Assembly: GCA_041640455.1 (NCBI GenBank)
Contig: JBEQAF010000014.1
Coordinates: 1-33,533, forward strand
Source of the DNA: a bacterium
Lineage (GTDB): Bacteria; CALINM01
Direction of reading: 5' to 3'
Length of the DNA stretch: 33,533 bases
Under the pieces are notes generated by a model. That model worked only from the letters and a program-made list of their open reading frames with translations, was not told where the DNA came from and made no database searches. Below, piece after piece: positions 9,438 to 20,383 of this stretch. Made by a program: the position numbers and the translations under genes. Numbering within the stretch: the first letter of the stretch is position 1; each line of letters begins with the position of its first letter.

Positions 9438-10505
9438 TTAAAAATCAGGCGTTAAAACAACCCTTTTCTTTAGCTTGCCGTGATGGGCATCATCAAAAAC
9501 CTGTTCTATCTGACTCATAGGTTTTATCTCAACAAAAGGTTTTATTTTTATCTTTTCTTCTAAAACAAGGCTTAAAACCTTAGGATAATGTTTGGGTGGA
9601 CAGCCCCATGTCCCCACAATCTCTGCATCAAAAGCCATAAGCTTTGAAATCATGTATTCTATTTTGTGAGGACCATAGCCTACAACCACAAGCCTTCCTA
9701 TAAAAGAAAGAAGCTCAAGCGCAAGCTCCTGACCAGGCTTTGTGCCTGTGCATTCAAATATTTTCCAGCCAAAGTTTGAGGGAAGACCATTCTGCTTGCA
9801 GATATTTTTGAATATCTCCTTTATCTCTTTTAAATCCTTCCCTGCAGGATTAATGGCATAATCAAGTCCATAATTAAGCATGTTGTTTAATTTTTCCTCT
9901 GCCACATCAAATCCGATTATATAGTTTGAACCAAAGGCTTTTGCGGTCTGAGTCATGTATGACCCTACCCCACCAGCAGCTCCGATAATTATAACATTAT
10001 CGCCCCGTTTCAGTTCACCTCTCAAAGCTGCCTGATAAGGGGTTGTAACAGCATCAGCTACCACTGCAAGATATTCAATAGGAAAATCCTTTCTGTCGTC
10101 TATAAAACAAAGATCTCTGTGGGGAACAGGAATGTGACTGGAAAAGCCACCATAAATACCAAGACTGTTTCCAGGCATCTTCTGATTCAAACATCTATTT
10201 TCTCTTCCACTTTTACAGATTGGACACTGATTACACGGCATGACAGCTGGGACAATAACCTCTCTGCCGATTAGATCGCTTCTTCCTTCCACAATAACAC
10301 CAGATATTTCATGTCCGAGTGTCAGGGGTGGTTTGGTGACTGTAGGAACTCCCTGATAAAAATAGCTCAGATCGGTATGGCAGACTCCGCATCCTTTTAT
10401 CTCAACAAGTACCTCTTCATCAGTAAGAGCTGGTTTAGGAATCTCTGTTTTGATTAACTTGCCTGGCTCTATCATCTGATAAGTTTTTATATACTCAACA
10501 GCCAT
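9438..10505 (-). CDS. had: 6-hydroxycyclohex-1-ene-1-carbonyl-CoA dehydrogenase (Had/BamQ)
   Basis: Zn-dependent MDR: GCGVCHTDLSYFYQGVPTV..PPLTLGHEISG, structural-Zn Cys cluster, QKMPGN, VVADAVTTPYQA, LMAFDA...WGCPP; adjacent to dch. Confidence 0.88.
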   Translation of the reverse strand: MAVEYIKTYQMIEPGKLIKTEIPKPALTDEEVLVEIKGCGVCHTDLSYFYQGVPTVTKPPLTLGHEISGVIVEGRSDLIGREVIVPAVMPCNQCPICKSGRENRCLNQKMPGNSLGIYGGFSSHIPVPHRDLCFIDDRKDFPIEYLAVVADAVTTPYQAALRGELKRGDNVIIIGAAGGVGSYMTQTAKAFGSNYIIGFDVAEEKLNNMLNYGLDYAINPAGKDLKEIKEIFKNICKQNGLPSNFGWKIFECTGTKPGQELALELLSFIGRLVVVGYGPHKIEYMISKLMAFDAEIVGTWGCPPKHYPKVLSLVLEEKIKIKPFVEIKPMSQIEQVFDDAHHGKLKKRVVLTPDF

Positions 10506-10525
10506 ATATCCTCCTCCAATAAACT

Positions 10526-11293
10526 TTAACTATGTTTCCAGACAGGCTTCCTTTTTTCGAGAAACGATAAAATCCCTTCATTGGCATCATAAAGGCTCAT
10601 TAGCTGTTCTGCATATATCTTTTCAGCGGTTGTGAGAGCTGTCTGGAAATCAAAGTATGCGACCTTCTTAAAAGCCATTTTAGTAACCTTTAAGGCTGAA
10701 CCGCTCAGAGCTTCAAACCTCGACACATAGGAGTTATACTGGTCATAAAAAGTCTCCTCAGGAAAAACCTGATTTACAAACCCCATGTTTTTTGCTTCCA
10801 TAGCTGTAAAATTTTCACCAAGCATAACTATCTCAAAAGCCTTTTTTAACCCCACAATTTTTGAAAGATAGGTTATGGCAACTGGTGGATAGACAGAAAG
10901 CTTTATCTCTGGTTGACCAAATTTTGCATTCTCTGATGCAATAATAATATCACATCCAATAGCGAGCTCACAGCCACCGCCAAGCGCAGCGCCCACAACT
11001 CCAGCTACTGTCACAATTTGAAGAGATTCAAGTCTTCTAAATATGCCATGAAAGGTCTCCAGCATTATCTCCATTTTGTCCTTAGTATGATCTGCCACGT
11101 CAACACCAGCAGAAAAGGCTTTACCGTTAGCTGAAATTGATAGTAGATTAATATCAGCTTCTCTTTCTTTAACCATATCAAGAGCAGAGTTTATCTCCTG
11201 CATCATCGGAATATCCAGCACATTGTATGGAGGCTTATTTAAAACCAATCTGGCAATTCTGTTTTGAAAGTCAAGGGATATATTTTTAAACAT
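10526..11293 (-). CDS. dch: Cyclohexa-1,5-diene-1-carbonyl-CoA hydratase (Dch/BamR), crotonase family
   Basis: PPYNVLDI, FSAGVDVADH, ALGGGCEL, FGQPEIKLSVYPP, DANEGILSFLEKRKPVW; directly upstream of had. Confidence 0.8.
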   Translation of the reverse strand: MFKNISLDFQNRIARLVLNKPPYNVLDIPMMQEINSALDMVKEREADINLLSISANGKAFSAGVDVADHTKDKMEIMLETFHGIFRRLESLQIVTVAGVVGAALGGGCELAIGCDIIIASENAKFGQPEIKLSVYPPVAITYLSKIVGLKKAFEIVMLGENFTAMEAKNMGFVNQVFPEETFYDQYNSYVSRFEALSGSALKVTKMAFKKVAYFDFQTALTTAEKIYAEQLMSLYDANEGILSFLEKRKPVWKHS

Positions 11294-11305
11294 ACAATAC
11301 CTCCG

Positions 11306-12052
11306 CTATATATATTGCCCACCATCTACTTTAATTATCTCTCCGGTAATATGTTTTGCCGCATCAGAGGCAAGAAACACCACAAGATTAGCTACATCTT
11401 CAGGTAAACCAGCTCTCTTGAGGGCGCTTTCTTCAATAGCAATTTTTTTAAACTCATCAGGCATTGACTCTCCCATTTCTGTAAGAATAAAGCCAGGGGC
11501 AACTGCATTAACATTTACTCCAAACTTCCCGAGATCCTTCGCCGCCGCCTTTGTAAGCCCGTGAACTCCTGATTTTGCCGCTGAATAGTTAGTCTGTCCA
11601 AACTTTCCTCTGAGACCATTTATGGAGGTAATATTAATAATTTTTCCATATCCCTGATCCTTAAAATGTCCTGCTACAGCTCTCATAAAATTGAACGTGC
11701 CTGTAAGGTCCACGTTTATTACTCTGTTCCATTGCTCTATGGACATTTTCCACAAAACTCCGTCCCAGTTAACACCCGCATTGCAGACCAGAATGTGTAG
11801 CCCCCCCAGGGATCTGATAACATGATTAACCATCTTTTCTGCATCTTCATAGTTAATAACATCGCACTGATAGGGTAAACATCTTCTACCAAAAGATTCA
11901 ACCTCTTTTGAAAGCTCCATAGCTTTTTCGGCGCTTTTAACATAATTGAAAGATACATCTGCTCCGTATTTTGCCAGAGTTCTGACCACCTCTGCACCTA
12001 TTCCTCTTGCACCGCCAGTAACTATGGCAACCTTACCTTCCAGCGAAATCAT
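11306..12052 (-). CDS. SDR-family oxidoreductase (FabG/PhaB-like 3-oxoacyl-CoA/ACP reductase)
   Basis: TGGARGIG, CNAG, SINGLRGKFGQTNYSAAK (YxxxK), NAVAPG, VDGG. Confidence 0.9.
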   Translation of the reverse strand: MISLEGKVAIVTGGARGIGAEVVRTLAKYGADVSFNYVKSAEKAMELSKEVESFGRRCLPYQCDVINYEDAEKMVNHVIRSLGGLHILVCNAGVNWDGVLWKMSIEQWNRVINVDLTGTFNFMRAVAGHFKDQGYGKIINITSINGLRGKFGQTNYSAAKSGVHGLTKAAAKDLGKFGVNVNAVAPGFILTEMGESMPDEFKKIAIEESALKRAGLPEDVANLVVFLASDAAKHITGEIIKVDGGQYI

Positions 12053-12061
12053 CGAGCCCTC

Positions 12062-13252
12062 CTAACTTTCTCTTTTTATAATTGCAGAAACGGTTACGCC
12101 ACCTGCTCCACAGATTGAGGCAACCCCCAGCTCCCGATCAAGCCGTTTGAGTGCATAATAAAGGGTAACCACAATCCTTGCTCCGCTACAGCCTGTGGGA
12201 TGACCTAATGCTATGGCTCCACCATTAACATTTACTTTAGATCTATCCCAGCAAAGCATCCGCTCATTAGTAATCATCTGTGCTGCAAAGGCTTCGTTTA
12301 CTTCTATTAGACCTATATCATTAAGTGTCATGCCGGCCTTTTTTAAAACTGCTGGTATGGAATAGCCGGGACCCTCACCCATATAAGCATTTTCCACCGC
12401 TAACTGGGCGAAATCGACTACAGTAAAAAGCGGCTTTAAGCCTCTTGATTCAGCAACATCTCTTCTCATGGCAATAAGCATGGCAGAACCATCAGTTAAT
12501 CCGCAAGAGTTACCAGCTGTAACAGCACCGCCCTTTTTAAAAGCTGGAGGTATTTTTGACATCTTCTCAATATTTGTATCTTCTCTAATTGACTCATCCT
12601 TTGAAAACACGATAGGTCATTTTTCTTTTGTATTTACTGTTATGGGTACAATTTCATCAAGAAAATATCCACTGGCACTTGCTTTTGCGGCTTTGAGATG
12701 ACTTTCCACTGCAAACTGATCAAGCTCTTCACGAGATAGTCCATACTTTTCAACCAGATTTTCAGCTGTCTGCCCCATCCCCATGTTAATAATAGGATCA
12801 ACGCTATCTCCCCAACCGTCCATAAGAACCTTATCTCCCATCCTGAATCCTTCCCATCTAACATTTTTTAAAAGATAGGGGATTGTACTCATACTTTCCA
12901 TACCCCCGCAAAGTACAATATTTGAACCATCTCTTATAGCCCTGATAGCATAAATAATGGAAAGCAATCCCGATGGGCAGGCCATGTTTATAGTATTGGC
13001 GGGAACCTTTTTATCTACCCCGCCAAGAAGAATAGCACTTCTGGCTGGATTGGGTCCATTTCCTGCCTGACGGCAGTTTCCAATAATGGCTTCATCAATT
13101 TCATCCGGCTTTAAACTTGCTCTTTTTAATGCCTCTCTGATGACCTGACCACCAAGCTCGTAAACAGGCATATCTTTGAGCGTCCCTCCGAATTTACCCA
13201 TGGGGCTTCTAACTGCCGAAACAAATACAACATCATCGTATTTACCCTTCAT
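12062..13252 (-). pseudogene. Thiolase (acetyl-CoA C-acyltransferase) interrupted by one in-frame TGA at 12617-12619; 396 aa if read through
   Basis: The two track ORFs are in the same frame: ...TKEK-TGA-PIVFSKDE... Catalytic motifs NMACPSG, NEAF, GHPTGCSG and ICGAGG are intact. Confidence 0.85.
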
Positions 13253-13264
13253 TAAACCTCCGGA

Positions 13265-13645
13265 CTATTCTTTAAGTGATAATGCTTTCTGTGTACAAAC
13301 TTTAACACACTGTGGATCTCCTCCGCAAAGGTCGCATCTATATACCTTTCCTTCATACAAAAAACAGCCGTTAAAGGGACAGGAAATGACTCTCTGTGGA
13401 TTTAACCAGATGAATTTGGTTTTTTCAATTTTCTGCTCCTCCGAAGTGAGATTTTCAGACTCAAGACATTTCATATTAGTGCACTGAAGGCATAGATTTG
13501 GTATATGCACGCTGTCCCCTAAATCATCAAGAGCTATTCTTACAGCAGACATTTTTTTATTAACAAAACCGTTGTGACTGAGGCTGCAGATGTTTTCACA
13601 GAGCCCACAACCGGTACACTTATGTTTATCAACCTTAATTCTCAC
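13265..13645 (-). CDS. Fe-S electron-transfer protein (DmsB/BamC-like), Cys pattern for three [4Fe-4S] clusters
   Basis: CTGCGLCENIC, CLQC-x4-C, lone CPF, CDLC-x5-C-x3-C; GTG start with GGAGG RBS. Confidence 0.85.
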   Translation of the reverse strand: MRIKVDKHKCTGCGLCENICSLSHNGFVNKKMSAVRIALDDLGDSVHIPNLCLQCTNMKCLESENLTSEEQKIEKTKFIWLNPQRVISCPFNGCFLYEGKVYRCDLCGGDPQCVKVCTQKALSLKE

Positions 13646-13672
13646 CAGTTTGCCTCCGAGTTACAGTACTTT

Positions 13673-13689
13673 TGCAACCTTTATGCCAA
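13673..13689 (-). promoter_or_regulatory. Sigma54 (-24/-12) promoter of the benzoyl-CoA pathway operon
   Basis: Minus strand TTGGCATAAAGGTTGCA: TGGCA and TTGCA with exact GG-N10-GC spacing, about 28 nt upstream of the first gene. Confidence 0.8.
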
Positions 13690-13931
13690 ATAATATTATC
13701 ATTAAATTTAAGAAATTAAATTAAAAAAGTCTCGAAAAAAGCCATATTTTTTGATAACTAATAACCATATCAATGGTTAAAAATAACCGAAAAGAAAAAA
13801 CTTGCAAGTAATTTTTATTTTTGTAATAATCATTACGATTTAAGTAGTAGACAATTTTTTCTTGACAAAAAATTTGATTTTATGTTACCTAATTTTGACG
13901 TTGTGTTTTTTTACCTTTTCGGGGGGAGAGG

Positions 13932-14357
13932 ATGATTGATATTAATCTAAGTTTTCTATACCAGCTGATCCTTTTCTGGTTTGTCATATTCTTTCTTAAT
14001 AGTTTCTTCTTTAAGCCTATGCTGAAATATCTTGATTTCAGAAAGGGGCTCATCGAGGGCAGAAAAAAAGATGCCGAAAAAATCCTAAAAGACATAGAAG
14101 ATAAGGAAAAATACTATCTTGATAAGGTGAAAGAGGCAAAAGAGCAGGGACTTGAATACAAAAAAACAGTAAGAGAGGAGATACTCAAAGCCCAGAAAGA
14201 GCTGTTTGAGAAAGAACAGTCTCTTGTTGAAGAAGAGTTTGCGAAAAAGAAAAATGAGCTTGTCTATCTGTTTGAGAACGAAAAAAAGCAGGCAAAAGTG
14301 AAAAGCGAAGAGCTGGGTAAGATAATGGCTGTCAAGATACTGGGGAGGGAAGTGTAG
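13932..14357 (+). CDS. atpF: ATP synthase F0 subunit b'
   Basis: N-terminal TM, FFKPMLKYLDFRK, charged coiled coil, ends KILGREV; first of two b-type genes. Confidence 0.88.
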   Translation: MIDINLSFLYQLILFWFVIFFLNSFFFKPMLKYLDFRKGLIEGRKKDAEKILKDIEDKEKYYLDKVKEAKEQGLEYKKTVREEILKAQKELFEKEQSLVEEEFAKKKNELVYLFENEKKQAKVKSEELGKIMAVKILGREV

Positions 14358-14917
14358 TGAGATTAATAAAAATTATAGCCGCCGTTTTTATTGCAGCAAA
14401 TGTCTATGCTTCTGAAGCTGGCGGGGAAGCCCCATCCATGTTTTCACTTGATTTTCTATTCAGGGTTATTAACTTTGTTATACTTTTTGGCGGTATTGGC
14501 TATGCTTTATCTAAACCTATAAAAAAGATGCTTAAAGAACGTAGTGACAATGTTAGAAATGCCATTATGGAAGCCAGAAAAGCAAAAGAAGATGCAGAGC
14601 TTAAAGCAAAATATTATGATGAAAAGCTTTCAGGACTTGAGGCAGAGATACAGGCTCTTAAGGAATCTTATAGAAAAGAAGCTGAAGAGGAAAGAGACAG
14701 AATAATAAAGGAATACAACGAACAGATTGCAAAGCTTAAAGAGCGGATGGCAAAGTCTATTGAGCAGGAAACGACAAAAATCAGGGAAGAGCTTATGGCT
14801 GAAGCTTCCAGTATGGCTATAGCTATTGCGGAAGAGATAATCAGAAAGAACTTTAACAAGGACGATCAGAAGAGGCTTGTTCAGGAATATATAAAAATGA
14901 TGGAGAGGGTAAATTGA
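14357..14917 (+). CDS. atpF: ATP synthase F0 subunit b
   Basis: FRVINFVILFG..KPIKKMLKER, coiled coil, DQKRLVQEYI; signal-like N-terminal extension ending YAS. Confidence 0.9.
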   Translation: MRLIKIIAAVFIAANVYASEAGGEAPSMFSLDFLFRVINFVILFGGIGYALSKPIKKMLKERSDNVRNAIMEARKAKEDAELKAKYYDEKLSGLEAEIQALKESYRKEAEEERDRIIKEYNEQIAKLKERMAKSIEQETTKIREELMAEASSMAIAIAEEIIRKNFNKDDQKRLVQEYIKMMERVN

Positions 14918-15456
14918 TTAAACTATCATCAGCAAGAAGATATGCCAAGTCTTTGTATGAGATGGGAGAGGAACTGAACCTTTCATCTAAGTTCTCGCAG
15001 GATATAAAGGCATTAAAGGAGCTTTGTGATAAGGTTGAAGGCTTTGTTTCTTTTTTAGCTAACCCTGTTATTGAGATGGATGCCAAAAAGGAGATCATTC
15101 ATGAAGCTCTGAAAGCACAGCCTCTGCATAGCTATATATATAATTTATTGTTTTTCCTTATAGAGGTTAATAAGATAAAGCTTCTACCCTATGTCTGCAA
15201 ATTTTATGAAGATCTGGAAGATATGTATAAAGGCAGGGTGAGAGGAAAAGTTATTGTGCCAGAGCTTCTGTCAGAAGAAGAGGTAAAATCAATTAAATCT
15301 GCCATTGAAAAGAAGTTGAATAAGGAGCTCATCGTGACTCAGGAAGTGAACAAAGATATGATTGGTGGGATAGTGGTCAAGGTGGGCGATATGGTTTATG
15401 ATGCTTCAGTGAGAAAACAACTTGAAATTTTAAAAGATAATATTTTGAAGGGGTGA
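14914..15456 (+). CDS. atpH: ATP synthase F1 subunit delta
   Basis: [34 protein letters not shown] start. Confidence 0.95.
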   Translation: MIKLSSARRYAKSLYEMGEELNLSSKFSQDIKALKELCDKVEGFVSFLANPVIEMDAKKEIIHEALKAQPLHSYIYNLLFFLIEVNKIKLLPYVCKFYEDLEDMYKGRVRGKVIVPELLSEEEVKSIKSAIEKKLNKELIVTQEVNKDMIGGIVVKVGDMVYDASVRKQLEILKDNILKG

Positions 15457-15460
15457 TAGG

Positions 15461-16969
15461 ATGGAGATTAGAGCCGATGAAATTAGCAGAATTATAAAAG
15501 AAAGGATTCAGGGTTTTGAGAAAAAGGTAGAGGTCTCAGAGACCGGCGTTGTTCTGAATGTAGGTGATGGTATAGCCAGAGTATATGGACTTGAAAAGGT
15601 CATGGCTGGAGAGCTTGTTGAGTTCCCTCATAACATATACGGGATGGCTCTTAACCTTGAAGAGGACAATGTTGGTTGCGCCATATTCGGAGAAGATAAG
15701 TATATTAAAGAAGGTGACACAGTCAAAAGAACAGGAAGGATCGTTGAAGTGCCGGTTGGAGATGCCCTGCTGGGTAGAGTTGTTAACCCGCTTGGTCAGC
15801 CCATAGATGGTAAAGGTCCTATCGAAAGCAAAGAGTTCAGAAGGGTTGAGATCAAGGCACCAGGCATAGTCGTCAGACAGCCCGTTAAAGAGCCTCTTCA
15901 GACAGGGCTTAAGGCTATTGACTCCATGATACCCATAGGAAGGGGACAAAGAGAGCTTATAATTGGCGATAGACAGACTGGAAAAACAGCCATTGCTATA
16001 GATACAATCATTAACCAGAAAGGAAAGGGTGTTATCTGTATATATGTGGCTATAGGTCAGAAACAGTCAACAGTTGCACAGGTTGTAGAAAAGCTTAAAA
16101 ACTTTGGTGCGCTTGATTATACAATTATAGTTTCTGCTACAGCAAATGATCCAGCACCGCTTCAGTTTCTGGCTCCTTATTCAGGCTGTACAATGGGTGA
16201 ATACTTCAGAGATAACGGCAGGCATGCGGTTGCCATTTATGATGACCTTTCAAAGCATGCCGTTGCATATAGACAGCTTTCACTACTTCTTAGAAGGCCA
16301 CCGGGACGTGAGGCTTATCCAGGTGACGTTTTCTATCTTCATTCAAGGTTGCTTGAAAGAGCAGCTAAGATGAAGGATGAGCTTGGCGGTGGTTCTCTTA
16401 CTGCTCTGCCAGTAATTGAAACACAGGCAGGCGACGTTTCAGCATATATTCCTACAAACGTTATATCTATCACAGACGGTCAGATCTATCTTGAAACAGA
16501 CCTGTTCTATTCGGGCGTAAGACCAGCTGTTAACGTAGGATTGTCCGTATCAAGGGTTGGAGGTAATGCCCAGATAAAAGCTATGAAGCAGGTTGCTGGC
16601 TCCTTAAGGCTTGATCTTGCTCAGTATAGAGAGCTTGCTGCCTTCGCCCAGTTTGGTAGTGATCTTGATAAGGCAACCCAGATGCAGCTGGCAAGAGGTG
16701 CAAGGCTGGTAGAGCTGCTCAAACAGCCTCAGTACACGCCACTTCCAGTTGCCAAGCAGATTGTTCTAATATACGCCGGTACTAAAGGGTATCTTGATGA
16801 ATATCCGGTCGAAGCCATATCAAAGTTTGAAAAAGAGCTTTATCAGATGATGGATTCAAAATATCCTGAGATAGAAAAAGGAATTGATGAGAAAAAGCAG
16901 ATAGATGACGATATAAGGGCAAAGATTGAACAGATGATAAAAGAGCTTAAAGAAGTATTCAAATACTAA
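15461..16969 (+). CDS. atpA: ATP synthase F1 subunit alpha
   Basis: [33 protein letters not shown]. Confidence 0.99.
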   Translation: MEIRADEISRIIKERIQGFEKKVEVSETGVVLNVGDGIARVYGLEKVMAGELVEFPHNIYGMALNLEEDNVGCAIFGEDKYIKEGDTVKRTGRIVEVPVGDALLGRVVNPLGQPIDGKGPIESKEFRRVEIKAPGIVVRQPVKEPLQTGLKAIDSMIPIGRGQRELIIGDRQTGKTAIAIDTIINQKGKGVICIYVAIGQKQSTVAQVVEKLKNFGALDYTIIVSATANDPAPLQFLAPYSGCTMGEYFRDNGRHAVAIYDDLSKHAVAYRQLSLLLRRPPGREAYPGDVFYLHSRLLERAAKMKDELGGGSLTALPVIETQAGDVSAYIPTNVISITDGQIYLETDLFYSGVRPAVNVGLSVSRVGGNAQIKAMKQVAGSLRLDLAQYRELAAFAQFGSDLDKATQMQLARGARLVELLKQPQYTPLPVAKQIVLIYAGTKGYLDEYPVEAISKFEKELYQMMDSKYPEIEKGIDEKKQIDDDIRAKIEQMIKELKEVFKY

Positions 16970-16981
16970 CAGGGACTAAAA

Positions 16982-17854
16982 ATGCCAAGCTTAAGACATA
17001 TAAGAAGAAGGATCCAGAGCGTTAAGAGTACCCAGAAGATTACCAAGGCAATGAAGATGGTCTCTGCCGCTAAGCTAAAAAGGGCGCAGGATGCCATACT
17101 TACTGCAAGAGCCTATGCGGAGAAGCTACAGGAAGTTATATCTGAGCTTGCTGCAAGGGTGGAGACAAAAACTCATCCGCTACTGCAGGACAGAGAGGAA
17201 AAAAAATCTCTTCTGCTGGTAGTGTTTACCTCTGATAGAGGTCTCTGCGGAGTATTTAATTCAAACCTGTTGAGACAAACAGAAGCCTTTATAAAGGAGA
17301 AAAGAGCTCAGTATGGCGAAAATATCTCCATAATCTCTGTGGGAAGAAAGGGTACAGAATATCTTAAGAAAAGAAATTATAATGTGATAGAAAGTCTGGT
17401 TAATGTCTATCAGAAAGAGCAGTACGAAACAGCAAGGGAGATAGGTCAAAAAATAATAGAGAGCTTTATATCGGAGAATGCCGATGAGGTGGTGGTGGTC
17501 TATAACAGGTTTAAATCTGCCATATCACAGGTGCCAACCTTTACAAGACTTTTACCTGTTGAACCTATTGAGATCCCTGAAAATGTTCCAAAAACTGAGT
17601 TTATTTATGAGCCCAACAAAGAGACGCTTATAGACGAGCTTCTGCCTCGAAATATTTTTATACAGTTACACAGGTCAATACTTGAGACCATAGCAAGTGA
17701 GCTTGCAGCAAGAATGACCGCTATGGATAACGCAACCAACAATGCAAGCGATATGATAGAAAGGCTTACACTTTTATTTAATAAAACAAGACAGGCGTCA
17801 ATTACAAAGGAGCTTATGGAGATAATAGGTGGCGCCGAAGCTATTAAAAAATAA
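16982..17854 (+). CDS. atpG: ATP synthase F1 subunit gamma
   Basis: KITKAMKMVSAAKL, TSDRGLCG, ARMTAMDNAT, RQASITKEL. Confidence 0.98.
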   Translation: MPSLRHIRRRIQSVKSTQKITKAMKMVSAAKLKRAQDAILTARAYAEKLQEVISELAARVETKTHPLLQDREEKKSLLLVVFTSDRGLCGVFNSNLLRQTEAFIKEKRAQYGENISIISVGRKGTEYLKKRNYNVIESLVNVYQKEQYETAREIGQKIIESFISENADEVVVVYNRFKSAISQVPTFTRLLPVEPIEIPENVPKTEFIYEPNKETLIDELLPRNIFIQLHRSILETIASELAARMTAMDNATNNASDMIERLTLLFNKTRQASITKELMEIIGGAEAIKK

Positions 17855-17869
17855 TTTAGGAGGAGTTAA

Positions 17870-19282
<1,413 letters not shown>

Positions 19283-19290
19283 ACTAAAAA

Positions 19291-19707
19291 ATGGCAGATA
19301 AATTCAAGATAGAGATAGTTACACCCTATGGAATTGTTGAAAGTAGCGAGGCAGAAGAGCTGACGGCTCCTGGAATTATGGGGCAAATTACCATATTGCC
19401 CGGACATCATCCGCTTTTGACATCTCTTAAAATCGGAGAGCTTACTTACAAGATAAAAGGTAAAACAGAGCATCTGGCAGTGAGCTGGGGGTTTGCAGAG
19501 GTTACTTTTGACAAGGTCACAGTTCTTGTGGAAACTGCTGAGAAATCCATAGACATAGACCTAACAAGGGCGGAAGCAGCTAAGAAAAGAGCAGAAGAAA
19601 GGTTGAAAGCTCTTTCAGAGGATGATGCTGATTATTTTACTGCCAAAACCTCATATGAAAAGGCGCTTATCAGGCTTGAAGTAGCCAAAAAGGCTAAAAC
19701 TCAATAA
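19291..19707 (+). CDS. atpC: ATP synthase F1 subunit epsilon
   Basis: EIVTP, ILPGHHPL, AVSWGFAEV, C-terminal helical hairpin. Confidence 0.96.
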   Translation: MADKFKIEIVTPYGIVESSEAEELTAPGIMGQITILPGHHPLLTSLKIGELTYKIKGKTEHLAVSWGFAEVTFDKVTVLVETAEKSIDIDLTRAEAAKKRAEERLKALSEDDADYFTAKTSYEKALIRLEVAKKAKTQ

Positions 19708-19711
19708 CAAT

Positions 19712-19737
19712 AAAGGCTGGGAATCCCCAGCCTTTTT
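19712..19737. terminator. Intrinsic, probably bidirectional terminator after atpC
   Basis: AAAGGCTGGG-AATC-CCCAGCCTTTTT between convergent genes. Confidence 0.8.
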
Positions 19738-19747
19738 CATATCAGGG

Positions 19748-20323
19748 CTATTTTTTAATTATTCCCTTCAGTTTGATACTATCGCCCGTGTCGTCGAAAT
19801 CAAAATCTACTTTCACATTCTCCCCGTATTTTGATTTTATCTTTTTTTGGTAATCATCTATGGTCTTTCTGAATGATTCTAAGGGAGGTGCTTTCTTATT
19901 TTTCTGTTGCAGCAGGGCTGAGTAACGATTGTATAGAGAAAGAAGTCTATCATCCGAAACTTCGCTGACCTGCGGTTGCTCCTTTTCTGAGGGCAGTATG
20001 TTTTTCTCAGCTTCCACTATGTATTTTTCATAAACCTTTCTGTAATCCTTAGGATTTTTACCCTCTTCAATGAGCTTTAACACTCTATTCCAGTATTCCT
20101 GGTAGGTAAGAAAACGAGCAAGAAGGTTTTTATACTTGAAGCTAAGCATTACATTGTTGAAATTTGTAGTTGCATGCTTTTTGATTAGCTGAATAAGTTG
20201 ATTTTTCAAAACAATAGGTTCACGATTGGTTATTCCTAAAAAAAACTTTTCATAATCTATCTTTAACTGTTCAATTTTTTTTTCAATCTCGTTAATGTCG
20301 GTCTTGATTTGATCCTTATTCAT
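19748..20323 (-). CDS. MXAN_5187 C-terminal-domain-like protein
   Basis: IEQLKIDYEKFFLG...FKYKNLLARFLTYQEYWNRVLKLIEEG and LYNRY...VKVDF..IKLK resemble this family from recall; ATG at 20323 preferred over 20341. Confidence 0.65.
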   Translation of the reverse strand: MNKDQIKTDINEIEKKIEQLKIDYEKFFLGITNREPIVLKNQLIQLIKKHATTNFNNVMLSFKYKNLLARFLTYQEYWNRVLKLIEEGKNPKDYRKVYEKYIVEAEKNILPSEKEQPQVSEVSDDRLLSLYNRYSALLQQKNKKAPPLESFRKTIDDYQKKIKSKYGENVKVDFDFDDTGDSIKLKGIIKK

Positions 20324-20383
20324 ATGTATTATTATTAACATACATAATAAAATAAGTAAAGTTAATCAGTTAAGGAGGAAAAA

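Noticed and set aside
12617..12619. Selenocysteine at the thiolase TGA
   Set aside because: The position is not a catalytic Cys (usually Gly), and no SECIS-like hairpin is apparent downstream
12617..12619. Genome-wide TGA=Gly recoding (code 25)
   Set aside because: TGA ends full-length genes here (atpF at 14917, atpH at 15456, hlyC at 2279) and no other gene has an internal TGA
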